A stretch of DNA of 64,000 bases from the NCBI GenBank assembly GCA_964234715.1, contig OZ174279.1. One strand, written 5' to 3'. The notes under the pieces are model-generated. The model was given only the letters and a program-made list of their open reading frames with translations. It searched no databases and had not been told where the DNA came from. Shown here piece by piece: positions 25,586-39,040 of the stretch; positions within the stretch are counted from its first letter, which is position 1; each line of letters starts with the position of its first letter. A program made the translations under genes and the position numbers. The DNA comes from Podarcis melisellensis (taxonomy: Eukaryota).

Positions 25586-26969
25586 ATTAGACATTATGCA
25601 ATAGAGGAGAGGTGGGGCAGAGCGAAAAAATTAAAAAACTGGCTTGGTGTTAAAGCCATAACTTCTGCATTTAGTCACAGACTTAGAGTGTGTGAAGTAG
25701 TACCATATTTAATATATTAAATACCATATTTAATATATAAGACTCCCCTAGGTGCTCTATTGGTTTCAGATTATACTGAAACTTTCTCATTTCTGAATAT
25801 TATAAATCTGCCTTGGATAATCCATGAGCTTCCAATATAGCAATGTTTATTTAGATAATAAAAATAAGGACTATTATTCAGCAGATTTTCCTGCCTCCTC
25901 TCTTCTCTGTCCCCTCCATCAGGCAGGAGAAAAATAGCTTTGGTTTTTGTTCAGGACAGAGGTTAGAAAGGTTGCAGGGGCCACGTAGCCCTCTCATAGG
26001 GGTGTCTTGTCAGGGCGCAGCATGAAGGGCACAAACAGATCATAACCTTTAAATGAAAATGCAATGGAGGGGAGAGATGAAAGCATTGAAACAAATTAGA
26101 TACATCTATAGGGGGTGCTCAACTGGAGAAAATTAGCATTTCTTCCTAATTGGAGTGTAGGGCATTCCATTACAGGGATTCATTACCAGGGGGAGAGGGT
26201 GCTGGGCCTCTTCACAAAATGCCTTTAAACAGGAAAAGCCCTCTTCCTGGGATATATATTTACAAATATTTTTAAATGGGTAGAGAACTTGAAGAGGTAT
26301 TATTAGTCCTTCTGTGTTCATAGATGTATACGGGGCCTAGTGGTTTGAACCTTCTACAAGCATAGAATGAGGTTATTTGTGTATTTCTTAATTTTACCGC
26401 CCCATCCTGTATGTGCGTGTTGGCGGCGGGGGTGGCGGGAGGGGGGGGGCATCCACACTAAAGAACATTTGTGTGATAGGTGATTAGAAAGTAAAAGGCA
26501 TTTTAAACCTTTAGATTCAGGATGGTTTTTTCTGGGCAGGTGCACTGTTTGATCAGGCAAATTCCTATGGGCTGTACGTGCTGGAAGGTAGACTGCATCA
26601 GCAATGCAAAAAAGGGGAACATGAAAGCACCTAGCAGCTTTGTTCTTGCATGTTTTGGCATCCTCCTGAAAGTTGTATAGTATAGCAAAAGCTTCTGGAA
26701 GATGCTATAATTTTTTGCTTCCATTTCTCTGTCATTCTACGTGCTTTTATTCCCTTTTACCAACTGTCCAGCTGCTAACGCTTACAGAAGCTGTTTATAT
26801 AGATGCCTAACCTGCAATATAGGTGAGCTTCACCTAGTTTAAAGACAGATGTTAGGTTCTGAAAAATCTTATGCACTCCTTGAACCATAACCTCAGTAAA
26901 AAAAAAAAGTAAACATGCTGTCTTCTGTATCACATTAGTTTAACAAGAGTACTTGGTGCTGACTTAGTT

Positions 26970-27150
26970 GAGAGATGGTGCAGCATAGTGGCTAAGTGCC
27001 TAAGTTCTAGGCAGGAAGTCCTTCGTTCAAATCTTACCACAAGCTGCTAGGTAGCCTTAGCCAAGCCACGATTCTCACTGGTTGTATAGGGCTAATAATA
27101 TTGCCCCACTATAGAGGACAGTTGATCAGCATACATGTGAAGTGCTCCAG
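26970..27150 (+). mobile_element. Old tRNA-derived MIR/CORE-like SINE
   Basis: A-box-like gcatagtggctaag, B-box-like gttcaaatc, core ggtagccttagccaagccac, tail atgtgaagtgctc. Confidence 0.55.
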
Positions 27151-29694
27151 GAAAAAATAAAAAATAAAAAAATAAAAATGCCATATATAAATGTGCTGTC
27201 CATTTGAAAAAAAAGAAAGAAAAAATACAGCTTATGGCTGGTGGGATTGTAGTTCAATTCATAAAGTTCTTGTGCTGAAAAACTTTGGCAGAGACTGGAG
27301 AAATATAGCAAATTGAATGTGCAGACCGTATTACAGAAAAGTTTTTGGATCATTGTAGGGTTCTTTCTAGTGCAGGGTACAGTTTGGATACAGGAAGCAG
27401 CTGAAAATGAGGCATAGTGTTCATTGCCTTCTGGGCATTTTTAGGTGGTACCTTTACATTATTTTTCTTAGGGACTGGGTGTTACGTAGAAATGCTGGTG
27501 GTTAGCTTAGTATTCATGCAAAATATGCCGTAGCTTTTTTTGGAGGGGGGCTGATTTGTAAACATTGCCCCCTTCCCCACCCCATAAGATGGCAGTGCCT
27601 GTATTTGTCCGATTTTCCACCTGTTGAGGGAAAGTTAAATGAGGACTGTTCCATGGTTGGTGGACACAGACTACTAATTGGAGGGAGAGAGCCCATTTCC
27701 TTTAAGGAGTGCAGGCTGCGCAGAGGTGACGGATAGGCTGGAGATTTATTAGCACATGGTTGGGAGCTTAAAAATCGGCACCAGCAGCTTGTTCTCTTCA
27801 GAAAAGAAGGTAGGAACAAGCACCCATTGCCCCTCCCCTACTCCAGAAAGAGGAATGAAAAAAATAAAGGGGGATAATTGGAAGGAGCAGTTTGTTTGAA
27901 CATAACCACAAGGCTGCCTTTAATTCTTGGTCTCTTGCATTTTGAGACTGATTCTGAAATTTCAAAGCAAAGGGCAGCTATTTGTTGTCACACCTGTTGC
28001 TTCCACTGCAGCTTCCCTAAATACAGTCAGTTAGTAGCAGAGGAAAAAGAAAGCATTTCCCTCCAATCTTCTACTGTCATTCATTTGTGTTTTCTCTACA
28101 TTGATGTACTAGATTTCCTAAGTCAGGATTTTGCAGGAAGCATATATCAACACGCAACATTCACAATTGTACATAGCAGTAAGTCAGGCTTTCTGTCTTA
28201 CTTGTGTTTCACAAGGAATAAGCAGCTTGCTGGTGACACCACTCAGTTGCTCCCAGTCCACACGTTTCTTGGCGTGAATTGGAAGTCCAGGTTTCCCGCT
28301 ATTCCCCAGTGAGGGACTGTGGTTTGTTTCACCCTAACAAGCCACAATCACTAGTCAACCTTAAGCCATGGTTTGTTGTTAGCTTGCTGACCATGACTTG
28401 TTAGGGAGCAACAAAGAACGATCTATGGTTCAGACATAATGGGAAGCCTAGGCTTCCTGGCTTGTATATCCTGCTTGTACCAGGGCAAGTGTCACATAGG
28501 AACAGAAGGTCTTGCTTATCATTTGTTCAGATGCATATGGTCATTTTGTATCTGTCCATATGATAGAACCTGAATAGGGGAATGATCTAGGCAAAGATAC
28601 AAGCAGAAAATAAGCTGGGAGGTCACATTGTGGGACCTATCTTGAAGCTTGAGTATTATTCTGGAAATTATCCAATTTTCTTTCTTTCATCTAAGCAAGT
28701 GTCCAACATCAGTATGTATGGCAGAAAATTCTCCATTTGTGCAGTGGTGAGCCAGGGTTCTCTGACTAGAGAAGGATTGCTTCCACTGTAATTTCATGGC
28801 TGACAAATGACATTCCACTTCCATCTTATGCATCTGTGTCTCTACATTTCATTGCCCATGTACTGTCTAGACTCTTCCCTTTGATACAGTGATACAATAG
28901 TAATTTATCACCTTAATGTTATCAAGGTTCTTTTAGAAGAAAGCATCTTGCTCAACAGCAGACTGCTTAATATGCTGAGAATTTTTGACTTTTATTTCAA
29001 TAAGCATTCTTATTGTGTGAGGTTGTTTACAGGGTAAAATGAAAAGAGAAAAAATCTTGGTTTAAACTTTAAAAATAAAAAGACTTTTTGCCTCTCTGTG
29101 TTGGCATTTCTAACAAAATGTTTGTATAGTTACAGCCAGCAGAACTGCACTCCCCACACCCTTTAATACCTTTGCTAATGGAGGCTAAAGTAATTTTTAT
29201 TATTTGTGACTGTTGGATACTTATAATTTTGAGAGTCGCATTAACTTTTTGTTCTCTTTTCTGATTTTATTCCTTCTCTGTTAAAATAGAGCTTTATAGT
29301 CACACTTTTCTAATTCTAGAGTACACTTACAACTCTGAGTTTCTTTTGAGTGTAGGAAGGCTTTGTGCCTGATTCAAGGCCACTTTATAAATTTAGGGGC
29401 TTTTGTAATGCAGAAATAATGTGCCAAATATATTTTTATTTTAAATATTTATATTTTATTGAAAATTTGTAGAAGAAACTTGTTTATTACGAAGGGAATA
29501 TTTTTCTTTATAACAAATACACAGATTTGAAGCTGTTCCTTTGCCCAGCTTAGTGGTACTATTGATTGTGCTATGAAGTTTCCATACCACCAAGTGTTTA
29601 CTTACATGAAAGTGTCCTCCAGTCAAAACCAAGAGTTTGCAAATGCTTGGTCAGTTGTATGATACATTGCCTTATGTTGCTTGTGTTTGTGCAT

Positions 29695-29698
<4 letters not shown>

Positions 29699-29730
<32 letters not shown>
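29699..29730. repeat. (TACA)n microsatellite
   Basis: Seen directly. Confidence 0.9.
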
Positions 29731-29736
<6 letters not shown>

Positions 29737-31900
29737 GAATCATATCCCACCCTTTTATTTGACAGGGCATGAGGTGCACCTCAACAAAATGCATATTTTA
29801 GAAACTGACAGAAAACCAGATTAGATTGTGCTTTCCACTTCCAAAGCCAGTTCATATTCTCAAACAAGTGCCTGGTCTGATTCTTTCATAACATAGTATA
29901 GGCAACCCCTGATTTGCAAGGGGGTTGCTTTGCGGATCATCACGCACAGTGGTAGAGCATGCATAAACCCACTATGCCCCAGTTCCACCCCCTTTCCCGG
30001 CCATTTCCAGGTTGCTGAGATGCTCGCATGCGTGGTTGCACACTTATCAAACACACATAAATCATTCATTGCCTGTATCAAAATGAACTTGAGAGTGGGG
30101 AGTTGGTTTGCTTTTTTTTGAAAAGTGCCATCTGTGAAAGTATGTGGGCAACTTATGCACCAAAGAAAGTGCTCTTAATTATTACTACTCTTTTATCCAT
30201 GTTGACTTGCAACTGGAAAGTGTTTTTCAAGCTTGGTTCCTTTGCTGCAGCCCTAGTAGTACTTCATCCTAAATGCAGCCTTGGAAGGACCAGGTAATTA
30301 ACACATCATAGGTGATCAGACATCCCAGCACAGGCCAACTTTCTTCCCTTTTAATCTGGTTTTGAGGGGAGGAGGGTCTGGAGCTTAGTATAAAAGCCAG
30401 AAGAAGATTGACTTTCTGTGCTGGTACCTGTGCTTTGGTCTTTGTAGAGAGACCTTTCTGGGTAGAGGTGCCGCTGCACTCCCCTCTCCTCCTCAACAGG
30501 TTGGACCCCCAAGAAGCTTTTGTCTGCATACTGCATGCATGTCTGGGCCTGCCATTCCCACATGGGCCACCCTCCCTTGGCAAAGTCCCTCCATTCAGTG
30601 ATGGTGGCTAAAAGAACCTTGGCTAATTATGCTGGACTGAAAATTACCACTTTGCCCTGCGCTCCTGCTGCTGGGACTATTTGTTCAGGGGCTGTATTTA
30701 GTGGGAACAAAGCTCCCCTGCAGAGTGTGTCCAGCCCCAAGTATGAAGCTACAGGTAGAAGCTTTAAAATAAAGGGGGTAATTACCAATGTCTCCAGGTG
30801 AAAGCCCACTAAACTTCAATAGCCCGATATAGCCTTGGGGGAAAAGGGGAGAATCCCTCCTCCTCAAATAAACGATTCCTGCCAGGCAATTAAGGGAAAA
30901 TAATGTCACCCAGTGAAGGTGGGGGGGTGAACTGCTGCTTAGAAATTGTGGCTTTTTTCTTGCGCTTGTTTGTCATTGGGTGGGGAAATAAAATGCCTTC
31001 CTTGAGGAGGGAGGGAGGATTCCCACAAATATATCCCAACCTCCCTGCTTGTTAAGTGGTTTGAATGTACCTAGTGGGGAGCAAGAGAGGGAGGGAGAGT
31101 GAGAACAAATAAGTCACAAAAAGGAATCGCTGGAGCTTTACACCTGAGCAAGCTTTGAAAAATTCAACAATGCCATTCACTGCCTCTTGTAAGGTGCTTT
31201 AGGGGGCATGAGGGCCCATCTGATCAGTTGAACAGAAATTGTGTTCTTTGTCCACAGTACTGTGGAAGCCTTAGAAAACCCACATTTCCCTCTACTGTCC
31301 TGTCTCTGAGTAGCTGCTGGAACTGCTGTGCATATAGGTGGAAGGATTTTCTGTGGCAGACGCATTAAGCCCTACCTAAAGGCCAGAAGGTGACATGTTG
31401 AGAACCAAGGGGTTCCTCGTCTATGCAGTTGGCCATTGAGCAGAGAACATAGCAAGCCCTCCCTGTTTTGTCCAGGTAATTCCGTCCTGACAATGTTCCA
31501 TACAAATCTTGTATGGGAGTTGTTATTCTTCACAACCCATGTTCTAGGAAACTAATGACAGCACAGCTTTATAGTTAAGAGTACAACAAAAATTCCACCC
31601 TTAACGTAGATAGGAATGCTAGCAGACAGCGATGCAAGAACAGCACCTTGGAACATAATAAGAGAGCTTGAATTTTCCATGAGATCACAGACCTATCAAT
31701 TTGTTTGTTTGTATTTATACCCTGCATACAAACCAAAGTTTTTGAGGCAACTTACAATAAGTTTAAAACACAATAAAATGGACAGTGATGCCCTAACAGG
31801 GCAAAAGTATATAGAAGTCCCCCCTCTATTTGTTTTCTGGTGTTCCAACAAATGCTGTTCTGCAGTTGAATCTCCTAGCAGTTGAAGCAGCTAGATATTA

Positions 31901-32263
31901 AGGTAAAGGTAAAGGTACCCCTGCCCGTACGGGCCAGTCTTGACAGACTCTGGGGTTGTGCGCCCATCTCACTTAAGAGGCCAGGGGCCAGCGCTGTCCG
32001 GAGACACTTCCGGGTCACATGGCCAGTGTGACATCGCTGCTCTGGCGAGCCAGAGCTGCACACGGAAACGCCGTTTACCTTCCTGCTGGTAAGCGGTCCC
32101 TATTTATCTACTTGCACCCGGAGGTGCTTTCGAACTGCTAGGTTGGCAGGCGCTGGGACCGAGCAGCGGGAGCGCACCCCGCAGCAGGGATTCGAACCGC
32201 CGACCTTTCGATCAGCAAGTCCTAGGTGCTGAGGCTTTAACCCACAGCGCCACCTGTGTCCCC
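31901..32263 (-). mobile_element. Sauria SINE, second subfamily, with perfect 12-bp TSD
   Basis: TSD agctagatatta at 31889-31900 and 32265-32276; (AAAGGT)n tail; CpG-rich, so probably young. Confidence 0.92.
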
Positions 32264-32647
32264 TAGCTAGATATTAGTCCCACATAAATGAGGATGTCCT
32301 TACTAGGTGGCTACTGCTGGTGTTTCTCACAGCCTCAGCCCTGGCCGCAGATACAGGAGATGGTGGGTGGAGCAAAGATGTAACATACCTTCCTCCCAGT
32401 TCTCAGATATTCCCATTTAGTTTAAAAACAAAAACAAAAAAACTTAGCCGGTCACTGAAGGAGAATTCTACCACTAATCTCCCTACCGAAACCAGTTTTT
32501 AACATACTTACTTTCTTATTTGTTTTGAGTGATATGCAAACTCTTCTGGGTACATGCCAACATCTATTTCTTCATATGAGTATAACTCTGGTCATAGCTC
32601 AACAGCTTTATGATCTATAATGGCTGTCTTTGAATGTTAGGCTGAAC

Positions 32648-32770
32648 CAGGACTGGGGAATCTGTGGCTCTTCGATGCTGTTGGCTGTATGACCATTGGC
32701 TAAGATGGCTGGGGCTGATGGGAGTTAGTGTCTAACAAAATCTGAAGGGCCACAGGCCTCCCATCCCTGC
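32648..32770. mobile_element. Decayed copy of the palindromic hAT MITE family
   Basis: caggactggggaatctgtggctc...ggctgatgggagt...gggccacaggcctcccatccctg; relatives at ~8610-8700, ~35210-35335, ~36418-36535, ~51525-51662. Confidence 0.7.
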
Positions 32771-35700
32771 CCTTAAACCATAGATTAGAGTTACATGGCT
32801 GAGCCTTAGGGTGATGCACCTCCTCTGCTGCAGTGTGGCCACGAGGAGGTGATCAGAAGCATATACTTCTGTTTTGAACTAATCACAGCTTGTCATCTGG
32901 TCCAGAACAAACTGTGATCAGTTTTCACCAAACAAACCAAGCTCAAGCTGTCGTTTCTGATCCTGGTTTGTTTATAATAAGCATAGCTAGAATTAACTGC
33001 AGCTCCCAGTTTGAACGAAAGGACAAGCAGTAGTTAGTTTAAAATGGAAATGGAGGCTTCTGATCTCCATTTAGTGGATTTAGTGTCTAACCCAAGTCAG
33101 ATCTCAAAATATGTGACTCACCAGGATGTAGATTACAGTTTCAAACTGATTTGTAGAGCACTATTTGAGCCGACTATGGCTTGCTGTTGTGTATGAATTC
33201 ACAGACCATTGGCAGACCACAGTTAGGGCCATTACTTTGCCTCAAGAGACTGTCACATCATAGAAATAGGAGTAAATTTATGAAGCTGAATGCTCAGCAG
33301 ATGGGAAACAAAAAGCTAATCAAAACCTCTGTTTGCCTCTTGTAAGTCTGGAAGCTTAAACTATGATGTGGGTTCTTAATTAAGGTTAGAAGAAGCCTTG
33401 GTTTTGTAGTACTTCTGAATTTAGTCAATGTCTTCAGCATCAATACTTTAATCTTAAACCTAGAATCAGTTGTGTGGGTATGTGTTGAAAAAGAGGCCAT
33501 GGCCAGTTCTTGTATTCTCGAGTTTAAATGTGAGAGTACTGTGTAGTTTAATGTGATTTACTGTTCTAGCAATTGAAATAAGGGTTCCCCGCCACAGCCT
33601 ATAATTCCTTTATCTATTATTTTTTTGAAGTAATAAACTCAGCAGGCATTTTCTCAGTGAAAGCCAAGGCAGTATTTAAGGGATGTCTATATGCAGCAGA
33701 CTGTGTATGGCCAATTTGTCCTGGTTTTCTGCCCCATTTGTGTCATTTCACTGCATAGCATTCATACTTGGTCTCAAAATTGAATCCTTGAATCTTCAAT
33801 ACACCGAGTAAAAGCTAAGTCTCATGATAGTTTCCTCACCACTCACTCACTCATTCATTATAATTTTGGTTTAAATATTTTTCTTTAGTTAGCGGTAGGT
33901 CAAATTCATTTGCACAGTAAACCACCTACAGTTTCTGAATAGCTTATGACTTAAGTAAAAGCTCTGTAACCGATATGACTCTAGAATGTGGTGATCTTAA
34001 ATTACAGTATTTATATGAACTGCCTCAGCAGCCCAGCCCCTATCAGAATTTAAACCTAGTTGGACTGTGAACAGTAAAGCAACCATATGGAAATACACTG
34101 GCTTGAGGCTATATGAATGAGCCTTATGCTACACCTTCTCTTGTCTCCTTGTATTCTCTGCTTTCCTCCTGATTTAGTAGCAAACCATAGTTTGCCATTA
34201 TACCCAAATTAGGCAAAACATTATTGTGAACCCAGTTCAAATTTTGCATGCAATCCCAGTGTGCAGACAAATTATAGTTTTCTCTTTTCAGTAAACTGTG
34301 GTTTATCAAGGTATGTGAGAATTGACCAGACACAGGAATAAGGGAAGGAGGGAGCTTATGAGTTCATTAATCAATCAAATCATGGCATTGTGGTGAACTG
34401 ATGCTACCTAGCCCTTGCAATCAACCCCTCCCCCCCACAGCTGACATAATATTAGCAACTGGATACGTTGGGCTTTCCAAAGCTATCCTGAACTATCTGT
34501 TTTTGCGGTTGTGCTGGAGGTACTGATCTTAAATGGACTGCCTCAGAACAATCAGCAGTAATGACAGATTCAGTTGTAACAATGTCATATATGTTCAAGA
34601 TAATATGCATCCTGTTTCACTTTTCCACGGAATGCCCAGATGCAACAAGCATGCAAATGTTGGATGGAAATGATAACGGTACAACCTGGTGTCTGTTGGA
34701 CCCACCAGCCACAGGCAAACAAGAAACAGTATAATAGCCAGAGAACTGCTGCATATGAACGATATGTTTAAGTATCCCCAATGTGCTCACCTGTTTCTGC
34801 TATACAAAGCAGGGCACAGTCTGACTTCCTACATTTTGTATCAGATTAGTGGGTGGGGTGGGAAGAGATTCCTTCAATACAGAGGACTGCTGCAGACATT
34901 TTAGTGACGTCAAATGACTGTCTTTGTGCTGCAGTTCATACCCAGCAAGCAGTTGTGGCATACTGGAAATCTATAACTTGTTGGATTTTTAAAACATTTA
35001 TATTTAAGTTTGGGATCTGGGACCTGCCTCTGGATTTTAAAGTCGATTGCCATCATTTCTATTCAATTATACTGCCTCTCAAAAATCAAACTCTGACATT
35101 TATAATTCTCACAAAATATAATGGCCTGCAAAAACAAAACACTCTGTGCTGAAGGGCATCACAAATTGCTTACCATTGGACTTATAGAAATAGTCAGGTA
35201 ATAGGCAGAAATGGAGAATTTGTGACCCTTCAAATGTTGTTCCATCATCCCTGCTTGTTGACCATGCTAACTACTTGGGCTGATAGGAGTTGGAGTCAGA
35301 CAACATCTGGATGGCCACAAGTTGCCATTCTTGCTGTATGCTTAATACTTGATTTTCTTAACCTGGTGAAATAGCTTGCTCTAATCCATTTAGTCTGGAG
35401 GCCTGGAATGGGCTGAAGAAATGTTCTGAATTCCTATAAACCAGGTTGAATTTTTAGGTCCTTGGGCAATTGGACTTCTGGGATTTATCCCCCAGCCCTG
35501 CTGTAAAAGATTTGGGTTGAGCAAATTTTCATACACAAAAGCAGTATGTTTGCCAGAGACTGAAGATGGTGCTTTTCATCCGTAAACCAGACTTGGAACA
35601 GTGACGCAACTGGCCCTAGCCTTCAACCCAGCCTTCACTGAGAGGCATCTCTGTTCAAATCCTGGGTCCGGAATTATGGCTTTCCCTACAACTCACAATG

Positions 35701-36640
35701 CTCTCCTTGGTGTGAAATGCAAACACCCACTTCCCAGGGGCCAATTTTCCAACCAAGGTGGGAAACTGCGCACACATGAATTATTGGTATCTTTCTGTGC
35801 TTCTGTCGTTAGTGGTCCCTACCATTTCCTCCTTTGGTGCTGGTGGGGGAATACTGTAAATCCTGGAAATATACACATCTCCTTGCTCAAGATTTGTTCT
35901 CTCTGCACATCAAATGTCTCCATTGCAGGACCTGAAGGGACCAGGCGAAGTTCTTCTGTAGCTCTTCTGTTTACAATTTATGATGCATACCCAGAGAGCC
36001 ATTCACTCTCAGGCTGGCGGAGATCTATGAAAATAGCATCATAGTGCATATATCTGTGTATGCAAAGATTTTTTGAGCAGTGGTTAATATGCTAATTGTC
36101 CATAACTCTGCTAATATGATGGACTTTCCTATTCGCTTCTACTTTTTGGTAATAAATTAGCATTAAATACTTGGCAGGTATATTTTAAAGAGTTTGATTG
36201 GCTTCTCTACAAGTAGGAACGGTAGTTTGGTATTTGGGGCCACCAGCAAAGCCAGGGAAGAGGGTTGCCGAGAAGGCAAAGGACAGTACTGTAGCTGTTG
36301 AGACTTAGGCAGGGCAGCAAGGAGGAAAGACCAGGTAGAGCTAGAACAACATGGATACAGAGCTGGGGTAGTAATAAGATTAATGTATTACATTTGTATC
36401 TGGTCCTATCTCTTAGCCAGGGCTGGGGAATTTGTGGTCTCCAGATATTGCTGGCTCCCTAGCCAGCATGGCCAGTGTTTAGGAATGATGGCAGTTGGAG
36501 TCCAAGCACATCAGATAGGCCACAGGTTCCCCATCATGATTCTAAGGAATTCATAGTGGTGTTTTAGACTCACAACAAAGTTCATCCCTGTAATGGATGC
36601 CTTTTCAAGCTACAAATTGGATCATTGTTAAAATGCAGAA

Positions 36641-36910
36641 TGAAGGACAGATCATGAAGCTGAGGCTCCAATACTTTGGCCACCTCATGAGAAGAGAAGA
36701 CTCCCTGGAAAAGACCCTGATGTTGGGAAAGATGGAGGGCACAAGGAGAAGGGGACGACAGAGGACGCGATGGTTGGACAGTGTTCTCGAAGCTACAAAT
36801 ATGAGTCTGACCAAACTGCGGGAGGCAGTGGAGGACAGAAGTGCCTGGCATGCTCTGGTCCATGGGGTCACGAAGAGTCGGACATGACTAAACGACTAAA
36901 CAACAACAAC
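36641..36910 (+). mobile_element. BovB (RTE-clade LINE) 3' end
   Basis: EGQIMKLRLQYFGHLMRREDSLEKTLMLGKMEGTRRRGRQRTRWLD...WHALVHGVTKSRT followed by a (CAA)n tail. Confidence 0.93.
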
Positions 36911-38737
36911 ATTGAAGACAACTCAAAAGATCCTGCTGGTTCAGAATGGAGCAGTGTGGTTATTAACTGGCACTGGTTGCTTGAGCATTTTATGTTGATG
37001 TTAAGTGGTGCTTGCAGAGGCATTATCTTAAAAGATTCAGGGCATAAGCCCATTGTACAACTTTTGCATAAAATATGCATATGCACTTATATTTATATAT
37101 GTAAATTTGGGAATTTGAGCAAATTACAATTGTGGGTCATTAGGGCCTCACCAGCATTATGCTTTGCAGCTTGTCTAGCAGTTCTGGAAGCAACGTAAAA
37201 TGAAAACCTTAAGTTTTTTATTTTAAAAACCCCACTGCTCAGACCTCCTGACCCACCCCCCTAACAAAGCATCAGTGGCATTGATACTTAAAACCCTAAG
37301 TGGTCTGGGTCCAGGCTAACTAAGAAGGTTACCTTCTCCTTTATTCACCTCCCTGCACATCAATATCTCCAGGTACTTCCCTTGGCAGAAACCAGGTTGA
37401 TGCTTAGTAGGAACAGTGTCTTCTCGGTGGTAGTACCTCTTTTTTGGAATGGTATTCCCTCTCAAGCCCAAAGACCTAGCTCCTTACTGGCATTATAAAA
37501 GCAAGCTAATATTTTATTTTACCATTCTTTAGGAGGATAGTGTCAGTTGCTTTCATCTGTTCTGTTCGTTTTGATACATTAATTTTATTTATTTGTTTTA
37601 CATATTGTATTTTAAATATAGTATGTTTTTATGCACTAAGCTGCACAGAAATGGTTTGAACGTGCAGAACAATGTAATGAGACAGATTTGAGAGCTGGAA
37701 AAATAAGCCATGTGGTAAGTTCATCTACAATCTGCTGATCAAGCAAATATAAAATGATGCGTCAAAGCTTTTGCAGGCAGAATTCAGTGGGCATCAAAGG
37801 GCTCTATATTCAGAAATAAAAAATCAACATGTAGGGATTTAAAGTTGGATGAACGTGGATTCCAAAGGAATTTTTTAATGGGGGAAGGCAGTTTAGAGAG
37901 TTGGATTCTGTACACTTTCTGGTTTGCAAAATTTAAACCAAGCGCTTTTCCATATGGGTTTAATTCAGGAGCTGAGAGTCTAATTTCAGCATTTCCAATA
38001 GCCCTAATCCAGTGTGTGTGGTGCTTCAGATAAAGCTGGTCGCTACCATTTCCCATGGTTGGCAGGGACCAGTATGAACTGTATTATCATGGTGCACTCA
38101 CCACAATGAGATGTCCTGGAGAAAAAAGTTGATCACTTTTGCCTAAAGTACCCCCTCATCCTGCCAACTGTGTCCTACAGGAAGCTGCTGTTCTGGTGAG
38201 TCTTGGTTCCTGATTTATAAGAAGCTGCCTTATATCAGGTGGAATTATTTGTTCAACTAGCCCAGTATTACTCCCAAAGGCAGTGTTTCTTTGCGGTCTA
38301 AGGCAGAGGGCTTTCACATCACCTGCTGCCTTATGAAGACACCCGGGTTTGAGCCTGGGACCTTCTTTATGCAAAGTGTGTGCTCTCCATATACACTGCA
38401 GGCTTGCTTTAAACCCACTGCTCCTGCTCAAAAAACTCTCCCACGTACAAATGCTCTATGGAGACTTTTTACATTTCGAAGGTGATTGCTTTGTGAAATG
38501 GTTCAGATATGTACAGAGTTGGATGTCGCTACTGGATCTGTTGGGGAAGCATGTCGGCAAGTGTCACATGCCTATATACTCGGTATGGTGTGGCACATCA
38601 GGACCTGAGATTCAGCGTGTGGAGACATGGCAGAGGGCATTTCCACTACAAGCACCCTGCTTATGGAATTCCCTCCCATTCCAAATAAGGCTGGTACTTA
38701 CTATTGTGAATTTTTGGTGCCACTTAAAGACCTACTA

Positions 38738-39040
38738 GGGACACGGGTGGCGCTGTGGGTTAAACCACAGAGCCTAGGACTTGCCGATTAGAAGGTCGGC
38801 AGTTTGAATCCCCACGACAGGGTGAGCTCCCGTTGCTCGGTCCCTGCTCCTGCCAACCTAGCAGTTTGAAAGCACGTCAAACTGCAAGTAGATAAATAGG
38901 TTAGCCAGAAGCGACTTAGTCATGCTGGCCACATGACCCAGAAGCTGTACGCCGGCTCCCTCGGCCAATAAAGCAAGATGAGCGCCGCAACCCCAGAATC
39001 AGCCACGACTAGACCTAATGGTCAGGGGTCCCTTTACCTT
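38738..39040 (+). mobile_element. Sauria SINE with internal deletion, inserted in an L2 tail
   Basis: gggacacgggtggcgctgtgggttaaaccacagagcc...gtccctttaccttt; TSD ttaaagacctact/ttaaaaacctact. Confidence 0.9.
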
